DNA from: Octopus sinensis
Taxonomy: Eukaryota
Direction of reading: 5' to 3'
Length of the DNA: 64,000 bases
Assembly (NCBI RefSeq): GCF_006345805.1
Contig: NC_043014.1
Span: 18,166,001-18,230,000 of the forward strand
Shown piece after piece: positions 13,918-27,099 of this stretch (position 1 is its first letter; each line of letters opens with the position of its first letter). The notes under the pieces were generated by a model. It searched no databases, was not told the origin of the DNA, and saw nothing but the letters and a program-made list of their open reading frames with translations. A program made the position numbers and the translations under genes.

Positions 13918-14874
13918 AGGCTTCAATACAGTTTCCCTCTATCAAATTTACTTATAAGGCACTGGTCATTCCGGATTTATGGTAAAAACTGAAACCGAAA
14001 CCAAGTGATTGCAAAGCGACCTTCTTAATCTCATCGCCATACTGGACAAAAAATTTTAATGAAAAAGAATGGGATGAAAGACAGAAACAGTATGCCAATT
14101 CCTTGTAGGGTCGATAAAATAAAATATCCTCCCAGATCGATGAGTGGAATTGTTAGAGAGTCTGACAAATTTTCCTCTCAAATGGGTCCACGCTCTCTGT
14201 AATATGAGCCGTGACTCAGTTTAACACAACAAAAGTACACTTTATATTCAAGCTTTCGGGCCAGGTCAGCGAGTTGAAATAACTTCCGCTATTTCTCACA
14301 ACACCTGTAAGCCCCGAAAAATGTATCATGGGGCTTCACTTACTTTCCGACCACCGACAAAAACGGTAGAAAGAATTATGCATATATACACCATCGCACA
14401 TAAACACACAAGTACAGACATTATTTTATACACTCCTCCTTCGTATCATAAGACTGATGAATGGTGATTTTTTTGACAAACGCTCACCCTGAGATAGTTT
14501 TAGGCAGTTTTCAGCAGATGGTATATAGATTGCTTGTCAATTCACCATTTGATGTCATCAGCCCGTTGCTAACGCTGTTTCCAACACCGATATCTGCCCG
14601 AAATGAGTGAATGAGTTGGGCCCTACATGGCCGCTCGACCTGCTACAGGAAGTGTCCACATCTTCCTCGAATCATTACCTACCGTCTAAGAAAAGGATGC
14701 ATTGGAGATGTGGACCTGCGTTCCCTGCATATACGAGTAAGAAAAAGACAAAGTAATAGCGGCTAGAATGCAACGTATATTTTGACAACTAAAATGTCAC
14801 CTCCACCATGAAATCCCTATAATCAATTAAACCCTTTAAAGTAGCGGCCCCACATGACCCATTATTCTATAACT

Positions 14875-15190
14875 AGCACTTCGTCGATTACGATGACGAG
14901 GGTTCCAGTTGATCCGATCAACAGAACAGCCTCATCGTTAAATGTACGTACAAGGGAATGCGCAGACCGCGGACACGCGTACTCTGAACGTAGGGCTCAG
15001 AGAGATTCATCGTGACTCAGAATGTGACGAAGCTGACCTTTTGAAATACGGGTACAACTCCTTTTCGCAAGCTGAGTCGACTGGAGCAGCGTGAAATAAA
15101 AGTGTCTTGCTCAAGGACACAATGAGCCGCCGAGAATCGAACTCACGATCGTTAGATCGTGAACAGAGTATCCTAACCAATACGCTTCCT
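14875..15190 (-). mobile_element. tRNA-derived SINE: different head and core, family-B tail
   Basis: Minus strand has a tggttagg...gagttcgattctc head, tgtgtccttgagcaagacactt core and a tail homologous to 11450-11630. Confidence 0.75.
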
Positions 15191-15898
15191 CAAATTACAA
15201 ACTATCGTCTTTGAATAGGACATCAATGGTAAAACTAGAGTGTGTCGCCGAGGATAGCCATTGTATTTGTTACCGCCTGCCCCTCGATCTATACAAGGTT
15301 TCACAGTAAATGTATAGGTGCCATCCGGGGCGATGTCCCTAATTGCCTCCACTACCCACCTTTCTAGAGAACATATTCAACCATTGATGGAGCTTCCGTG
15401 CAGTCGCCTGAACTAGTAGCAAAAGCAACAAAATCTCCCTCAAGTCACATCGTTGCATCTTGAAATAAAAGTAGCACAGAAAAGAACGAGAAAATACTGG
15501 ATAATGGAACTTAAGATATAAAAGATCTGGCGAAAGAAGGAACGAAAAAGTATGATGGTTACGGTTGGAATGCCTTTGATCGAAGACATGCTGGATCGGG
15601 ACTGATTGAGGACTAAAAAGCAACAATAACAACAAAAATAAAAAGGGAAGCAAAAAATGCATGCAAATAATTAGACGAAATTGTTGGTGAAATGTGAAGG
15701 AAGAAAAAAAATACGGCAAATACGTCTAAGTAAACTATGTGTCGCTTTGTTGTTATAGTAATTGTTTTATATATTTTTTATGATGTTTTAAGTCATTTTT
15801 TTTGTCATTGTTTCTAATTTCGTTGGAAAAATACGGAGGAGTTGGTGGTGCTGGGAGAGGTTAAGAAGAAAGAGGAGAATGGTATAAGTGAGCGAGCG

Positions 15899-15959
<61 letters not shown>

Positions 15960-16476
15960 GATATGACGAAACCTTACAGGATTGAGATCGTCATGTAAGG
16001 AATCGTTATGCCGTGGCTGTGTGGTAAGTAGCTTGCTTCCCAACCATTTAGTTCCGGGTTCTGTCCCACTGCGTGGCACCTTCGCCAAATATCTACTATA
16101 GCCTCACACGCACACATACATATATATATTCAACTGAATAAATAAGTCAAACGAAAACCAACAGTATTACCGTATTTACTATCAAAATACATTACATTTA
16201 TTTTCATTCTTTTATCCTTCAATTTCAACTTTTCTTTTTTCTGGATATGTTTTCTTTTCCTTTCTTGATTTTTTTTTGTGGTGGTGGTGGTGGTGGTGGT
16301 GGTGGGGGTATCTTCGTCTTCTGTGCTTTTTCTCATTCTTTTTTCTTCTAACTTCGTAAGTCTTATATCTTCCTTTCTTTCCATTCTTTTTCTTCTGCAA
16401 TCCCAATTCCTCATTCTGTATTGTAAATTCTGTCTCATTTTTGTCTATATTTTTTCTTTCCGTTCTTTCTTTCTTC

Positions 16477-16519
<43 letters not shown>

Positions 16520-18148
16520 TTTCTTTCTTTCTTTCTTTCTTTCTTTCTCAAGCATGTATCAGTTCTATGCAATATCGACTGAAATACGCAACTGGAAACT
16601 TTTAAAACAACATTGGACTTAATTCAGAAGTTTATTTAATTCTTTATTACTTTTGTGACGACAGCGAAGTATCAAAAACAATAGGGCACCAGAGTAATTC
16701 CTCTCAGAATTCAGTTACTTCCTTTGATATTTTATATTCCAACCCCCAGCTGATGTCGTCTTTTACTTTTCATAATTCCGGGATCGTTCAAATACGTGTA
16801 CCACCAAATTACCGGCAGGTAATGTTTAATCTTATAAATAACTGAATCTGAAATGCATCCATGAGGCACGATTATGGTTATAGCTTTATTTTTATAGCGG
16901 ACCACTAGTTACTCATGCAGCGTCTTTTGTACAGGTTCCTCACGTTGTTTGAGGAAAAAAAAACTAGTGTTGACACGTACTCAGAAGGTAAAGGGGCGAA
17001 ACACGTTGTACAATTCACCCATTCACCGCTCCAGCACTTCCACCAGTTCACCGTCTCAAGATTGGTATTTGATTTTTATTTTAACCGGATGGAAGAAAAG
17101 AAAATTCTGCTCAGTGGGGCCCGATCTTTGAACAAGAGCGGAACTGTATCGCGAAGTATAATATCCTGCGTTCTGACAATCCCGCCTTGCTAGACTGGTT
17201 CTTGAGTTTGTCGGACTCGGAACGATGGATGACAACGAAGAAATACCACAAGATTTGGACACGAGTCGTAAATTCGGAACAAATACCGCAAGAAATTTTG
17301 GTCCGGCAATAAAATAATTCTACCAGTCTACTGTAAAACTCTAGGTGAATTTTACTATTATTGAGTATCAGAGAAATGTTGGAGGTGCTGACATTGCAAC
17401 ACGTACACCCGTCTACGCATTGAAAGGCAAACTTGCTTTTGTCCATCAGTTAATGAGCTACTACAGTTGATTTCGTGAACTGCGCCATTCCTTGCGGTTA
17501 GTGAATGTTAAAATTCATTCTATAATTATGTTGGACAGACATAGTTATTAGAGCGTCCTTTGTATTAACATTATTTCATTACCTTCCGTCTCCAAAGCAG
17601 GTTGACGTCAAGCCTGCCACCTAAACATTTCGGGATTGATAGACAAAGTAGCGTTCAAGTACTTCCGTCGTCCCAAATATCTGGCATTATGTCCGTATAA
17701 GGCATAATAAAAATTTTTCACCATCATCGAAGCGCGAAGCGCCCCGCACGACCGCTGGTTCGTGAGATGGTTGTGATCTGTAAACAGTTTTGAGTAGGAA
17801 CCGGAGAGAGAAGTATGAACACTCAATGCGCATGTATGCACTGAATTCATAAAACGTAAGAGTACAAACACAATGCGTTGTCAAAATAGAACGAAAGAGA
17901 AGAATAAAAACGCAACGTCAAACAGGTTGTATGATGGTCTACATGACACGTCTGACACCACTATAACGCAGCTTCGCTACAGTTACCTTGTTTCTACTAT
18001 AGGCACAATTCCACCCCAATACTTGATGAATAATTTATTTTATACATCCGAAAGAATGAAAGCCAAAGTTGACCACGGAGGCATTCAGCATCAAAACGTT
18101 AAGACGGACGAGATGCCGTTAAGCATATTGTCCAGCGCAGTAACGAAT

Positions 18149-18207
<59 letters not shown>

Positions 18208-18211
<4 letters not shown>

Positions 18212-18772
18212 TTCCCTGATGTATAGTACCAGGCAGTGGCCCTCATGGCTTCTGATCTTAACTGATTGGAAATGTTATCATGAACATTGTTTTGTCTTGG
18301 TATAAAAGATGGGCTACAACAAATAATATTCTGCTCAATATCACAGATTTGCTTGTCAGTAGTTTGACCATAATCAGTTGAGCATGTCCCTTAGTGGCTG
18401 ACGATATCGACATCTCTGACTATGAGCAGAAGTAGTGGGGAGCACCATAGTCATGTATTGAAAGGAATTCTTTGGGGTTTCGATAATTCACCTCTGGAAA
18501 CATGGGTGTTTCGTTCAACATTCTTAAACAACCCTTATTCAGGGATCTTTTGAGCGGGATGGGCTGCTCGACCTGAACAAAATTCTAACTGGGCCCCACC
18601 TGCAAGGTCATGCGCTGTTAATTTTGATATGAGATCACTATGTCACGCTCATATGGTTGCGATGCATTTACCTAGTGTATCCTTATCAGACGGGTAGTCA
18701 AGACGAGTATTCTGGGCTTCGTATATTTTACTCCAGTGTCACTTTAATGGCATTTGCTGCTCTCTCATTAAA
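18208..18772 (+). mobile_element. Retroposon 3' fragment embedded in (TAA)n, copy 1
   Basis: Flanked by (AAT)n on both sides; homologous to 18847-19316; ends ctgctctctca-(aat)n. Confidence 0.75.
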
Positions 18773-18774
18773 TG

Positions 18775-18846
<72 letters not shown>

Positions 18847-19316
18847 TGGTATAAAAGATGGGCTGCAGCAAATATTCTGCTCAGTACCACAGATTTGCTT
18901 GTCAGTTGTTTGACCTTAACCAGTTGAGCATGTCCCTTAGTGGCTGACGATATGCGCATCTCTGATCACGAGCAGAAGTAGTGGGGGAGCATCATAGCCA
19001 TGTGCTGAGAGGGATTCTTTGGGTTTGAATAATTCACCTCTGGAAACATGGGTGGTTCTTTCAACATCCTTAAACAACCCTTATTCAGGGACCTTTTGAG
19101 CGGGATGGGCTACTCAACCTGAAGAAAATTCTAACTGGGCCCCACCTGCAAGGTCATGTGCTGTTTATCTTGATATGAGATCACCATGTCGCGCACATAT
19201 GGTTGTGATGCATGTGCCTGGTGTACCTTTATCAGACGGGTAGTCATGATGGGTATATTGGGCTTCGTATATTTTACCCCAGTGTCACTTTGATGGCATG
19301 CACTGCTCTCTCACTC
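18847..19316 (+). mobile_element. Retroposon 3' fragment embedded in (TAA)n, copy 2 (shorter at 5')
   Basis: Starts at tggtataaaagatgggct, which is internal in copy 1. Same 3' end and (AAT)n tail. Confidence 0.75.
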
Positions 19317-19360
<44 letters not shown>

Positions 19361-20044
19361 CAACAACAACAACAAAATAACAACAATAATAATTCTTCTA
19401 ACTAACGGCACAAGACCTAACATTTTCGGGGAGAGTGCTAGTCGATTTCATAGAACCTTGTACTTGACTGGTACTCATTAAATCGCCCCGTAAAAGGAAT
19501 TTGTACTCCGAGTACAAAGCCGGTTGAATGCCGCTAAGCATTTCGTCCGGTGTTGTCAGCTCGCCGCCTTAACAATAATAAAAATAGCTGTTAAAATTTT
19601 GAAGGAAGATCACCGATTTTTAAGAATGGGAATTTGTCGGTAACACCGATCTTAGTCTTCAACTGGTACTTATTCTTATCGACCAGGAAAAAATGAAATG
19701 CAAGGTTGAACTCCAGAGAAAGTAGAAGACGGTAACATAAAGGGCCAGAACAAGTATTACAAAGCATATTTCCGACGATCTGGTGATTCTATCAGTCCTT
19801 TGTCATGAATTGTTTCTAACTTAGGCACAAGGTCAGAAATATGAGTTCATTTCTGTTTTGTTTTTTTCAATCGGGATCATATTTTTAACCTTTTATTTGT
19901 TACAGTCATTGGACTGCAGCCATGCATGGGCATCACCTTGAAGGGTTTAGCTGAACAAATCCACTGCAGTATTTTAAGTTTTGTAAGCTTCATAATTATA
20001 CTTTCGGTCACTTTTTTGCCGAACCGCTAACCACCACCAGTTGT

Positions 20045-20083
<39 letters not shown>

Positions 20084-20389
20084 ACATACACACTTATTCT
20101 AACACTTTCACACACACATACTCGCACACACACACACACGTACACACTAACACACGTGCACACACAAGTACACACACACGTACACATACTCGCACAGCAC
20201 ACGGACACAAGTGCACACACGCACACTCACACGCACTCGCACTCGCATACACACACACACACACTCACAGAGGGTGCGTAAAATGTTCGAGAGCACCCCT
20301 TTCAAGAGCTCTAACTTTCTTTTAGCTTATTATTTTTTTTTACCTGACTTTTCATACGAATGCTGTCAAGCATCAGGTTGACTCAGCAA

Positions 20390-20680
20390 ATGAAAAGGTG
20401 CGCCGTAATCGTTGCGTTAAATGCGCAGCACAGGGATACAGAGATAGATCACTTCCTGAAATTTGCCCGATCCTTCGTTGTCAAAATTGGAATGGAGCTG
20501 GAAGCTGCTGATGGGGACTAGCATCAACAGCTAAACACAAAACGCATGCACAGGGTCCTATTACCATCAGAACTGTAAAAAATTGTATAATCGATAAAAC
20601 ACCCGAAGAGTCAATCAGAGCCATTGCAAAAGACATCAAGGTTTCAGAATGCACCAGTCGTCTGTGTAGAGATTGGACTT
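20390..20680 (+). pseudogene. Tc1/mariner-superfamily (maT-like) transposase N-terminal fragment
   Basis: MKRCAVIVALNAQHRDTEIDHFLKFARSFVVKI...IIDKTPEESIRAIAKDIKVSECT, a paired HTH-like region. The catalytic domain is absent. Confidence 0.65.
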
Positions 20681-20924
20681 GCTTCAGTGACAAAGAGACA
20701 TAGGAATTCCTCTGCTAGGCCTCGAATGTCTTCCTCAACCATTACATTTTAATATTTATATGTAAAATCACTCTGTATATCATTTCCCTTGTAAAAGCTT
20801 CGTATTTTGTGTACGTGCTGGTAACCAATAAAGGAATCTTCACTGTTATTACTATTATTAATATTATGGTATGAGCTGAAATATACACTTAATTAATATT
20901 ATGGTATAAGCTGAAATATATTCA

Positions 20925-21300
20925 CTTCGCGGCATTTCATCCAATTCTTTACGTTCTGAGTTCATATTCCGCCGAGGTCTACTTTGCCCTTCATCCTTTC
21001 GGGGTCGATAAAATAAGCACCAGGTGAGCACACGTAGCTCAACATTCCAGGCTTTGTACCTTTTGTTGAACAGATTATTAATACCAGTGTGGTGAGCGGG
21101 CAGGATGGCTAGCACGCAGAACAAAATGCTTAGCAGCATTCCGTCCATCTTTACGTTCTGATTTCAAATTTCGTTGACGTCAACTTTGTTTTTTATCCTT
21201 TCGGGGTCGATAAAAGAAGCTGAGGACTGGGATTCGATGCAATCGACTCACACTCCTTCCACGAAATTGCTTGCATTGTACCAAAATGTGAAACCAATAT
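20925..21300 (+). mobile_element. Two Meta-domain-like SINE copies (family C)
   Basis: ttctgagttcaaattccgccgaggtcgactttgcctttcatcctttcggggtcgataaaataag core. Confidence 0.7.
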
Positions 21301-22115
21301 TACGGCGACAAGCAGGCAAAATCATTGTCCAGTACGGTAACGAATCTGCCTGCTGATCGCCCTTTTGGTTTCAATATTTTCGGGTAAAGCCAGCAATTTC
21401 GGTGGAGGGTGGGTGTAAGTCGATTATAGCGACCTTAGTGCTCAACTCGTACTTATTTCATCGGCCCCATAAATACGAATGGCAAAGTCGACCTCGATAG
21501 AATTTGAATCATCATTGTACCGTCATTATTATCATCAATATCATTATTATCATCATCATCAGCAGCAGCAGTTGTAGCAACAACAGTAACACAACTAGTA
21601 CCACCTCCACCGGCACCAGCAGCGACTTAACTATCACCAGCAGCACCCTAACCCTAACTATCACCACAATCACCTCCAGAGTCGTCATCATCATCATCAC
21701 TTCTTTAATTTTGATTTATTTTTTCCAATTTCGCATCGGTTTGAAACGTCGTTAGTTAAACAGGTGACAGGGACTGGTTAAGTTAAGATACTTAAAAAAG
21801 ATTTAAAAAGGTCCTGGCGATAACGATGGCACGATGTTATATATATTATGTTTTCAAATGCCTAACCGTGTGAACGTACATGTGTTAGTGTGTGTATGTG
21901 TATATGTATGTCAGTGTGTGTTTGGTGATGTCAGTTATATTGTTGCTGTTGTTGTGGATGTTGGTGGTCGTAGGCGTATAGGGAAATGTTCTGTAATTTA
22001 GACAATCCAAATGAATAATTCAATTCACAGAAGCTACGTCTGCGGAATAGATTAGTGTGTGCCCATGTGCGCGTGTGTACGTGAATGTGTATTTGTCTTT
22101 AAGTACATACATAAG

Positions 22116-22193
<78 letters not shown>

Positions 22194-22476
22194 GGTGTGT
22201 GTGTATGTGTACTGGCCTAGAGACAGATAGACATCCATAGGTATTAGCATGTTGAAGAATAAATTATCATAAACAGACGATATACGAATACAGTGATAAG
22301 AGTATATAAAGATAAATGTGTCTGTACAACTCTGATATAGCGAGCGTTTCTTGATTAGTGGAGGTGAAACCGAGACGACAGCTATTATCTTTTTAGCCCA
22401 CTCTACCTACTTACTCACAGAAAATTGCAGGAGAGTAGTCGAGTGGTTACAGTAATTATTATTATTAGTATTACTA

Positions 22477-22700
22477 AGGTGGCGAGCTAGGAGAATCGCT
22501 AGAATGCTGGGTGCAAAGCTTAGCGGTATTTCGTCCGTCCTCATGTTCTGAAATCAAATTCAGCCTAGGTCGACTTTGCCTTTCATCCTTTCGGGCTCGA
22601 TTAAATTGAGAACCAGTTGAATACTGGGGTTGATGTAATCCACTAGTCCCCTCCCGCCACGTTTTAGGCCTTGTGCCTTTAGTAGAAAGGATTAGTATTA
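22477..22700 (+). mobile_element. SINE family C
   Basis: Same head and core as 39334, in an (ATT)n context. Confidence 0.8.
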
Positions 22701-23029
22701 CTATGAATTACTATTGCTTCCAGTCATAGGTTCTTGGTCATGCCCTTACCGCATCTCGAATTGTTGGTGTCCGAAAAAAAGTCACAAAAGAACGTTACAG
22801 TTTTAGCTAGGAATAAAAAATGCATTGAGTATGAAGTCACGTTTTATTTAAATACTATACATTATTAAAGTAATGATACAAAAAATATTTAAAACAGGTT
22901 ATTAACTGATGGTACATGATTTGTATATAATTTGTATGATGGCATTACACAGATGAGGAGAAAAACCCTCTTTTATTCAATTTATCTAGCAGTTTCTTGT
23001 TATATGATTCAATTTAATCTGGTCGGAAT

Positions 23030-23760
23030 GTCTGACATAATAAGTTCCCAGACTGACCAAGAAGCTCTTATGAAATGTGACCAAATGAAGCTTATTTTTT
23101 AATATAGTATCTCTTGTAGACCACACACTTCTTCCATCGGTGTTGCAGTGATTTGATCTTATTGGTGAAGAAGCTTTCATCCTAATGGTCGAAAACGTCA
23201 TCAACGGCAGCTGTGATGTCATCATCACTACGATACTGGTTCCCAGCCAAGTATGTTTTGATGCTGGGTAACAGATGATATTCAGATGGAGTCAAATCAG
23301 GAGAATGGGAAGGATGATCAACAGGTTCAAAGCCACAGTCATGCACAGTAACCATTGAAACCAAGGACTTGCGTACTGGAGTATTGTCCTGATGAAACAA
23401 GACCTCTTTCGTTAGTTTTTCTGGGCGTTTGGTCTTGATAATCTTTGGTAACTGCCTCAGAAGTTGACTTAGCACTCTCCATGATGGTGTCGCCCGTCTG
23501 ACGATAGTCAATAAACACGAGGCCTTTTGCATCCAAATAACTGAAACCGTCACCTTCCCTGTACGAGAAACGACGTTGGCCTTCGTTGGAGAAGGTGAGG
23601 AGGGGTGGATTAAAGTGATGGAACCAACACTCATCCTGTGGCATGAAACGGTCATGGAAACCAGCTGGATCTACCTCATACAAAGCCAGATTTTTCTGTG
23701 ATATGATCGGCTTGGTGCGCTTTTTATCAAGTGTCAGAAGATGTGACAACCACTGAGAAA
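23030..23760 (-). pseudogene. mariner transposase C-terminal fragment
   Basis: QDECWFHHF, LFHQDNTPVRK, HPSHSPDLTPSEYHL motifs across frames. Confidence 0.85.
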
Positions 23761-23954
23761 AATCATCGTCATGTCAGCCGACAAGAATGTATCGTAGCTC
23801 TTAGCTCCGACATTCGAAAATCCGAGTACTATAATGACAACCTTTTACTGTTTGTTCTAAATTATAACATATATAAATACTCCTTTATTTCTAACATTGA
23901 GATCTCATTCTTTTGTTGTTACTTTTTATTATACACACACACACACACACACAC

Positions 23955-23987
<33 letters not shown>

Positions 23988-23993
23988 ATATAT

Positions 23994-24085
<92 letters not shown>

Positions 24086-24086
24086 A

Positions 24087-24385
24087 TCACCGCGACCGAC
24101 CAGGCTTTCAGATGTTGCTACACATCGTTGGTCACAATGCGTTTCGCATTGCTTTAGCATTCAAATGACGCCACCCCGCTGGCTAAGCGAGCAGGCCAAC
24201 CGAAGAAAGAGCGACAGAAAGTTGTAGCGAAAGAGTACAGCAGGGATCGCCACCGTGCTGGAGCCTCGTGGAGCTTTAGGTGTTTTCGCTCAATAAACAC
24301 TCACAACAACCGGTCTGGGAATCGAAACCGCGATCCTACAACCGCGAGTCCGCTGTCCTAACCACTGGGCCATTGCGACTCCACA
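24087..24385 (-). mobile_element. tRNA-derived SINE: family-B head with a different 3' tail
   Basis: 24215-24385 matches 11254-11440 in reverse; 24087-24210 is unrelated to the family-B tail. Confidence 0.85.
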
Positions 24386-24398
24386 CACATATATATGT

Positions 24399-24460
<62 letters not shown>

Positions 24461-24464
24461 CTTT

Positions 24465-24871
24465 TACTATTTTATTTGTTTCAGTCATTTGACTGCGGCC
24501 ATGCTGGAGCACCACCTTTAGTCGAGCAAATCGACACCGGGACTTATTCTTTGTAAGCCCAGTACTTATTCTATCGGTCTATTTTGCCGAACCGCTAAGA
24601 GACGGGGACGTAAACACACCAGCATCGGTTGTCAAGCAATGCTAGGGGGACAAACACAGACACACAAACACACACACACAAACACACACTTATATATATA
24701 TATATATACGACAGGCTTTTTTCAGTTTCCGTCTGCCAAATCCACTCACAAGGCATTGGTCGGCCCGGGGCTATAGCAGAAGACACTTGCCCAAGATGCC
24801 ACGCAGTGGGACTGAACCCGGAACCATGTGGTTGGTTAGCAAGCTACTTACCACACAGCCACTCCTGCGCC
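24465..24871 (-). mobile_element. SINE family A, full length
   Basis: Complete head ggcgcaggagtggctgtgtggt through the 3' tail. Confidence 0.9.
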
Positions 24872-24987
<116 letters not shown>

Positions 24988-25339
24988 TTGTGTATGTGTG
25001 TGTGAAGGCACATGGTTAGGGCGTCGCATTCACGATTGCGAGATCATGGGTTCGATTCCAAGACCGCGCGTTGCGTCGTGTTCTTGAGCAAAGCACTTTA
25101 TTTAACGTTGTTCTGCGATCATTTCGTCATCTGACAAGTGACAAATGGTGCACCTGTGCAGGTAATGTCGATTTGGTTGAGGGAGGGAGCTTATGTGAGC
25201 ACAAACATTTGACCACTATAAACAAATCATCTGTATGGTTGTTCGGCCACTAAGGGCTACATGAAGGATAATACATGACAGACAAGCTGAGGCCGTACGT
25301 AGGTACGGCAACAAAGAGAAAAGATCGAATGAATTAAAA

Positions 25340-25780
25340 AAGGTGGTGTATTAAATTTTTTTAATATTACGACAAAATGGGAATGACAAAATGTAGTGTT
25401 GGACGTGGACACCCCACAAGCCACGAGCTACACTTCTCTCATGAGTGAGACTTAGGAGTTCGCGCTCAATTTAAACACATCCATACGCAACAGGCATGGC
25501 ACTTGCATCCAACTAGTCTCATATATCCGCGGTGGCAGTGATTCCCTATCTAGCCTTAGTTTCCTTTTCAGGTGGTAGATGAAATAATTGGATAAACCAA
25601 TGCCAGAGAGAAAGTTGCCTGTCCTCAAACATTTCACTCGCGCCAACCGCAAACCTCTTTCATTATAGCCACCAAGCAGAGAAAAGTTGCCTGCCTCTCT
25701 CGGTTAAAGGAGGGTGGTGAGAAAATCTTGATGATGGACTTAGTTGATAACTGTGCTCTCACATATATGACAGCAGGTGT
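25340..25780 (-). mobile_element. L1/Tx1-type LINE 3' end (ORF2 C-terminus plus UTR)
   Basis: SIIKIFSPPSFNRERQATFLCLVAIMKEV / LARVKCLRTGNFLSGIGLSNYFIYHLKRKLRLDRE; related to the peptide at 28950-29200. Confidence 0.6.
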
Positions 25781-26641
25781 TCGACATAAACCCATAGGCC
25801 CGAATTTAACGGAGACCGTACGATTGCCGAACCCTCATACGTCGTCTAACGACGGAGGAGTACATAATGATGATGATGATGATCGTGATGATATATATAT
25901 ATATATAATTCAACTGTGTGTCTGTGTGTGTATTTGTGTGTGTGTCTGTGTGTGTATTTGTGTGTGTGTCTGTGTGTTTAACTTCCCGGCACATCTCCTC
26001 CTAGCCAACAAATCGTAGAACCACCAAAAATGGGTCACTTAAAGTTTAGGCGAATGAAAATTGAACTGCGCTATTTCTGTTCCGAAATTCATCTCGCAAG
26101 CGCAAAAGTCGATAATGTGTTTGTCTAGGCCTTATCCCATGCATTGAATAGAGAACTTTACTCAGTCAGCTATTTGACGTGAACTGTGTTCACCACGCGT
26201 GCAAGCATGCGTAAATTGCATGAAAAATAAAAAATCAAGATATAAAAACGAATTGCCGTAAACATTGTAGAAATTCGGCAAAGAAATGAATTTTCAGGAT
26301 GTAGCCTGGAGGGTTTTTTCGTATTAATCGTTTGGACTTTGTGAACACATACCAATTGTTTTCATAACATTTTTAACGCTTTGAATTAAATGTGACCATT
26401 TTGCGTTGAGTCTGCAGTTTGAATCACTTTAACCAAATTTTAGCAGGCCGGATTTTTGATCATCCCGATACATCGCCAGCGACTCCCTGAAACTCTCCCC
26501 TGAAATCCCCGTTGAGAAATCTATATATATAAAACTCAACGTGTGTGTCTGTATGTATATCTGTGTGTGTGTGTGTCTGCGTGTTTAACTTTTGGATCTA
26601 CCAAGTTTCATTATTAAGGATGGAAAGTAGTGTGTAGCAAA

Positions 26642-27030
26642 TCTATATATATAAAGCTGAAGTTGTCTGTGTGTGGCAGGTTTGGTAGCCTTCAACTAAC
26701 ACTATCTCCTTCGAGACCCTGCGGCGCAAGTTGACCAAAATTGAGAGTATGATAGAAGAAGGCTTGCTCTTCATTTTGTAGAAGATAAAATTCAAATCGG
26801 ACCATGTTAACACCAAACATTATTTACCTCAAAAAGGTGCTTTTTTTCTATGAAAATCCCTATTTTTTACGATTTTTGACTGCTGTGTCACCTTTTTTCG
26901 GTGTATTTCAACTGGAAAAATGGTTACTTGAAGAGAATAAAAAGTTGCATAATGCAAAATTTTTACTTTTCAAAAATTCTAATTCTAAAGGGTCGAAACA
27001 AACCCAAGCAACACCGGGTGATACTGCTAG
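26642..27030 (+). mobile_element. Non-autonomous Helitron
   Basis: A|TCtatatatataaag start; acccaagcaacaccgggt hairpin followed by CTAG|T at the end. Confidence 0.85.
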
Positions 27031-27099
27031 TATATATATATATAGGCATGTGTAGATAGAAACTAAACTCTTGAACACAGCCGCAATAGACAGAGAAAA

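Noticed and set aside
16905-17565. mariner-like TIR and MDKSKF start on the minus strand
   Set aside because: Too degenerate; no catalytic motifs found.
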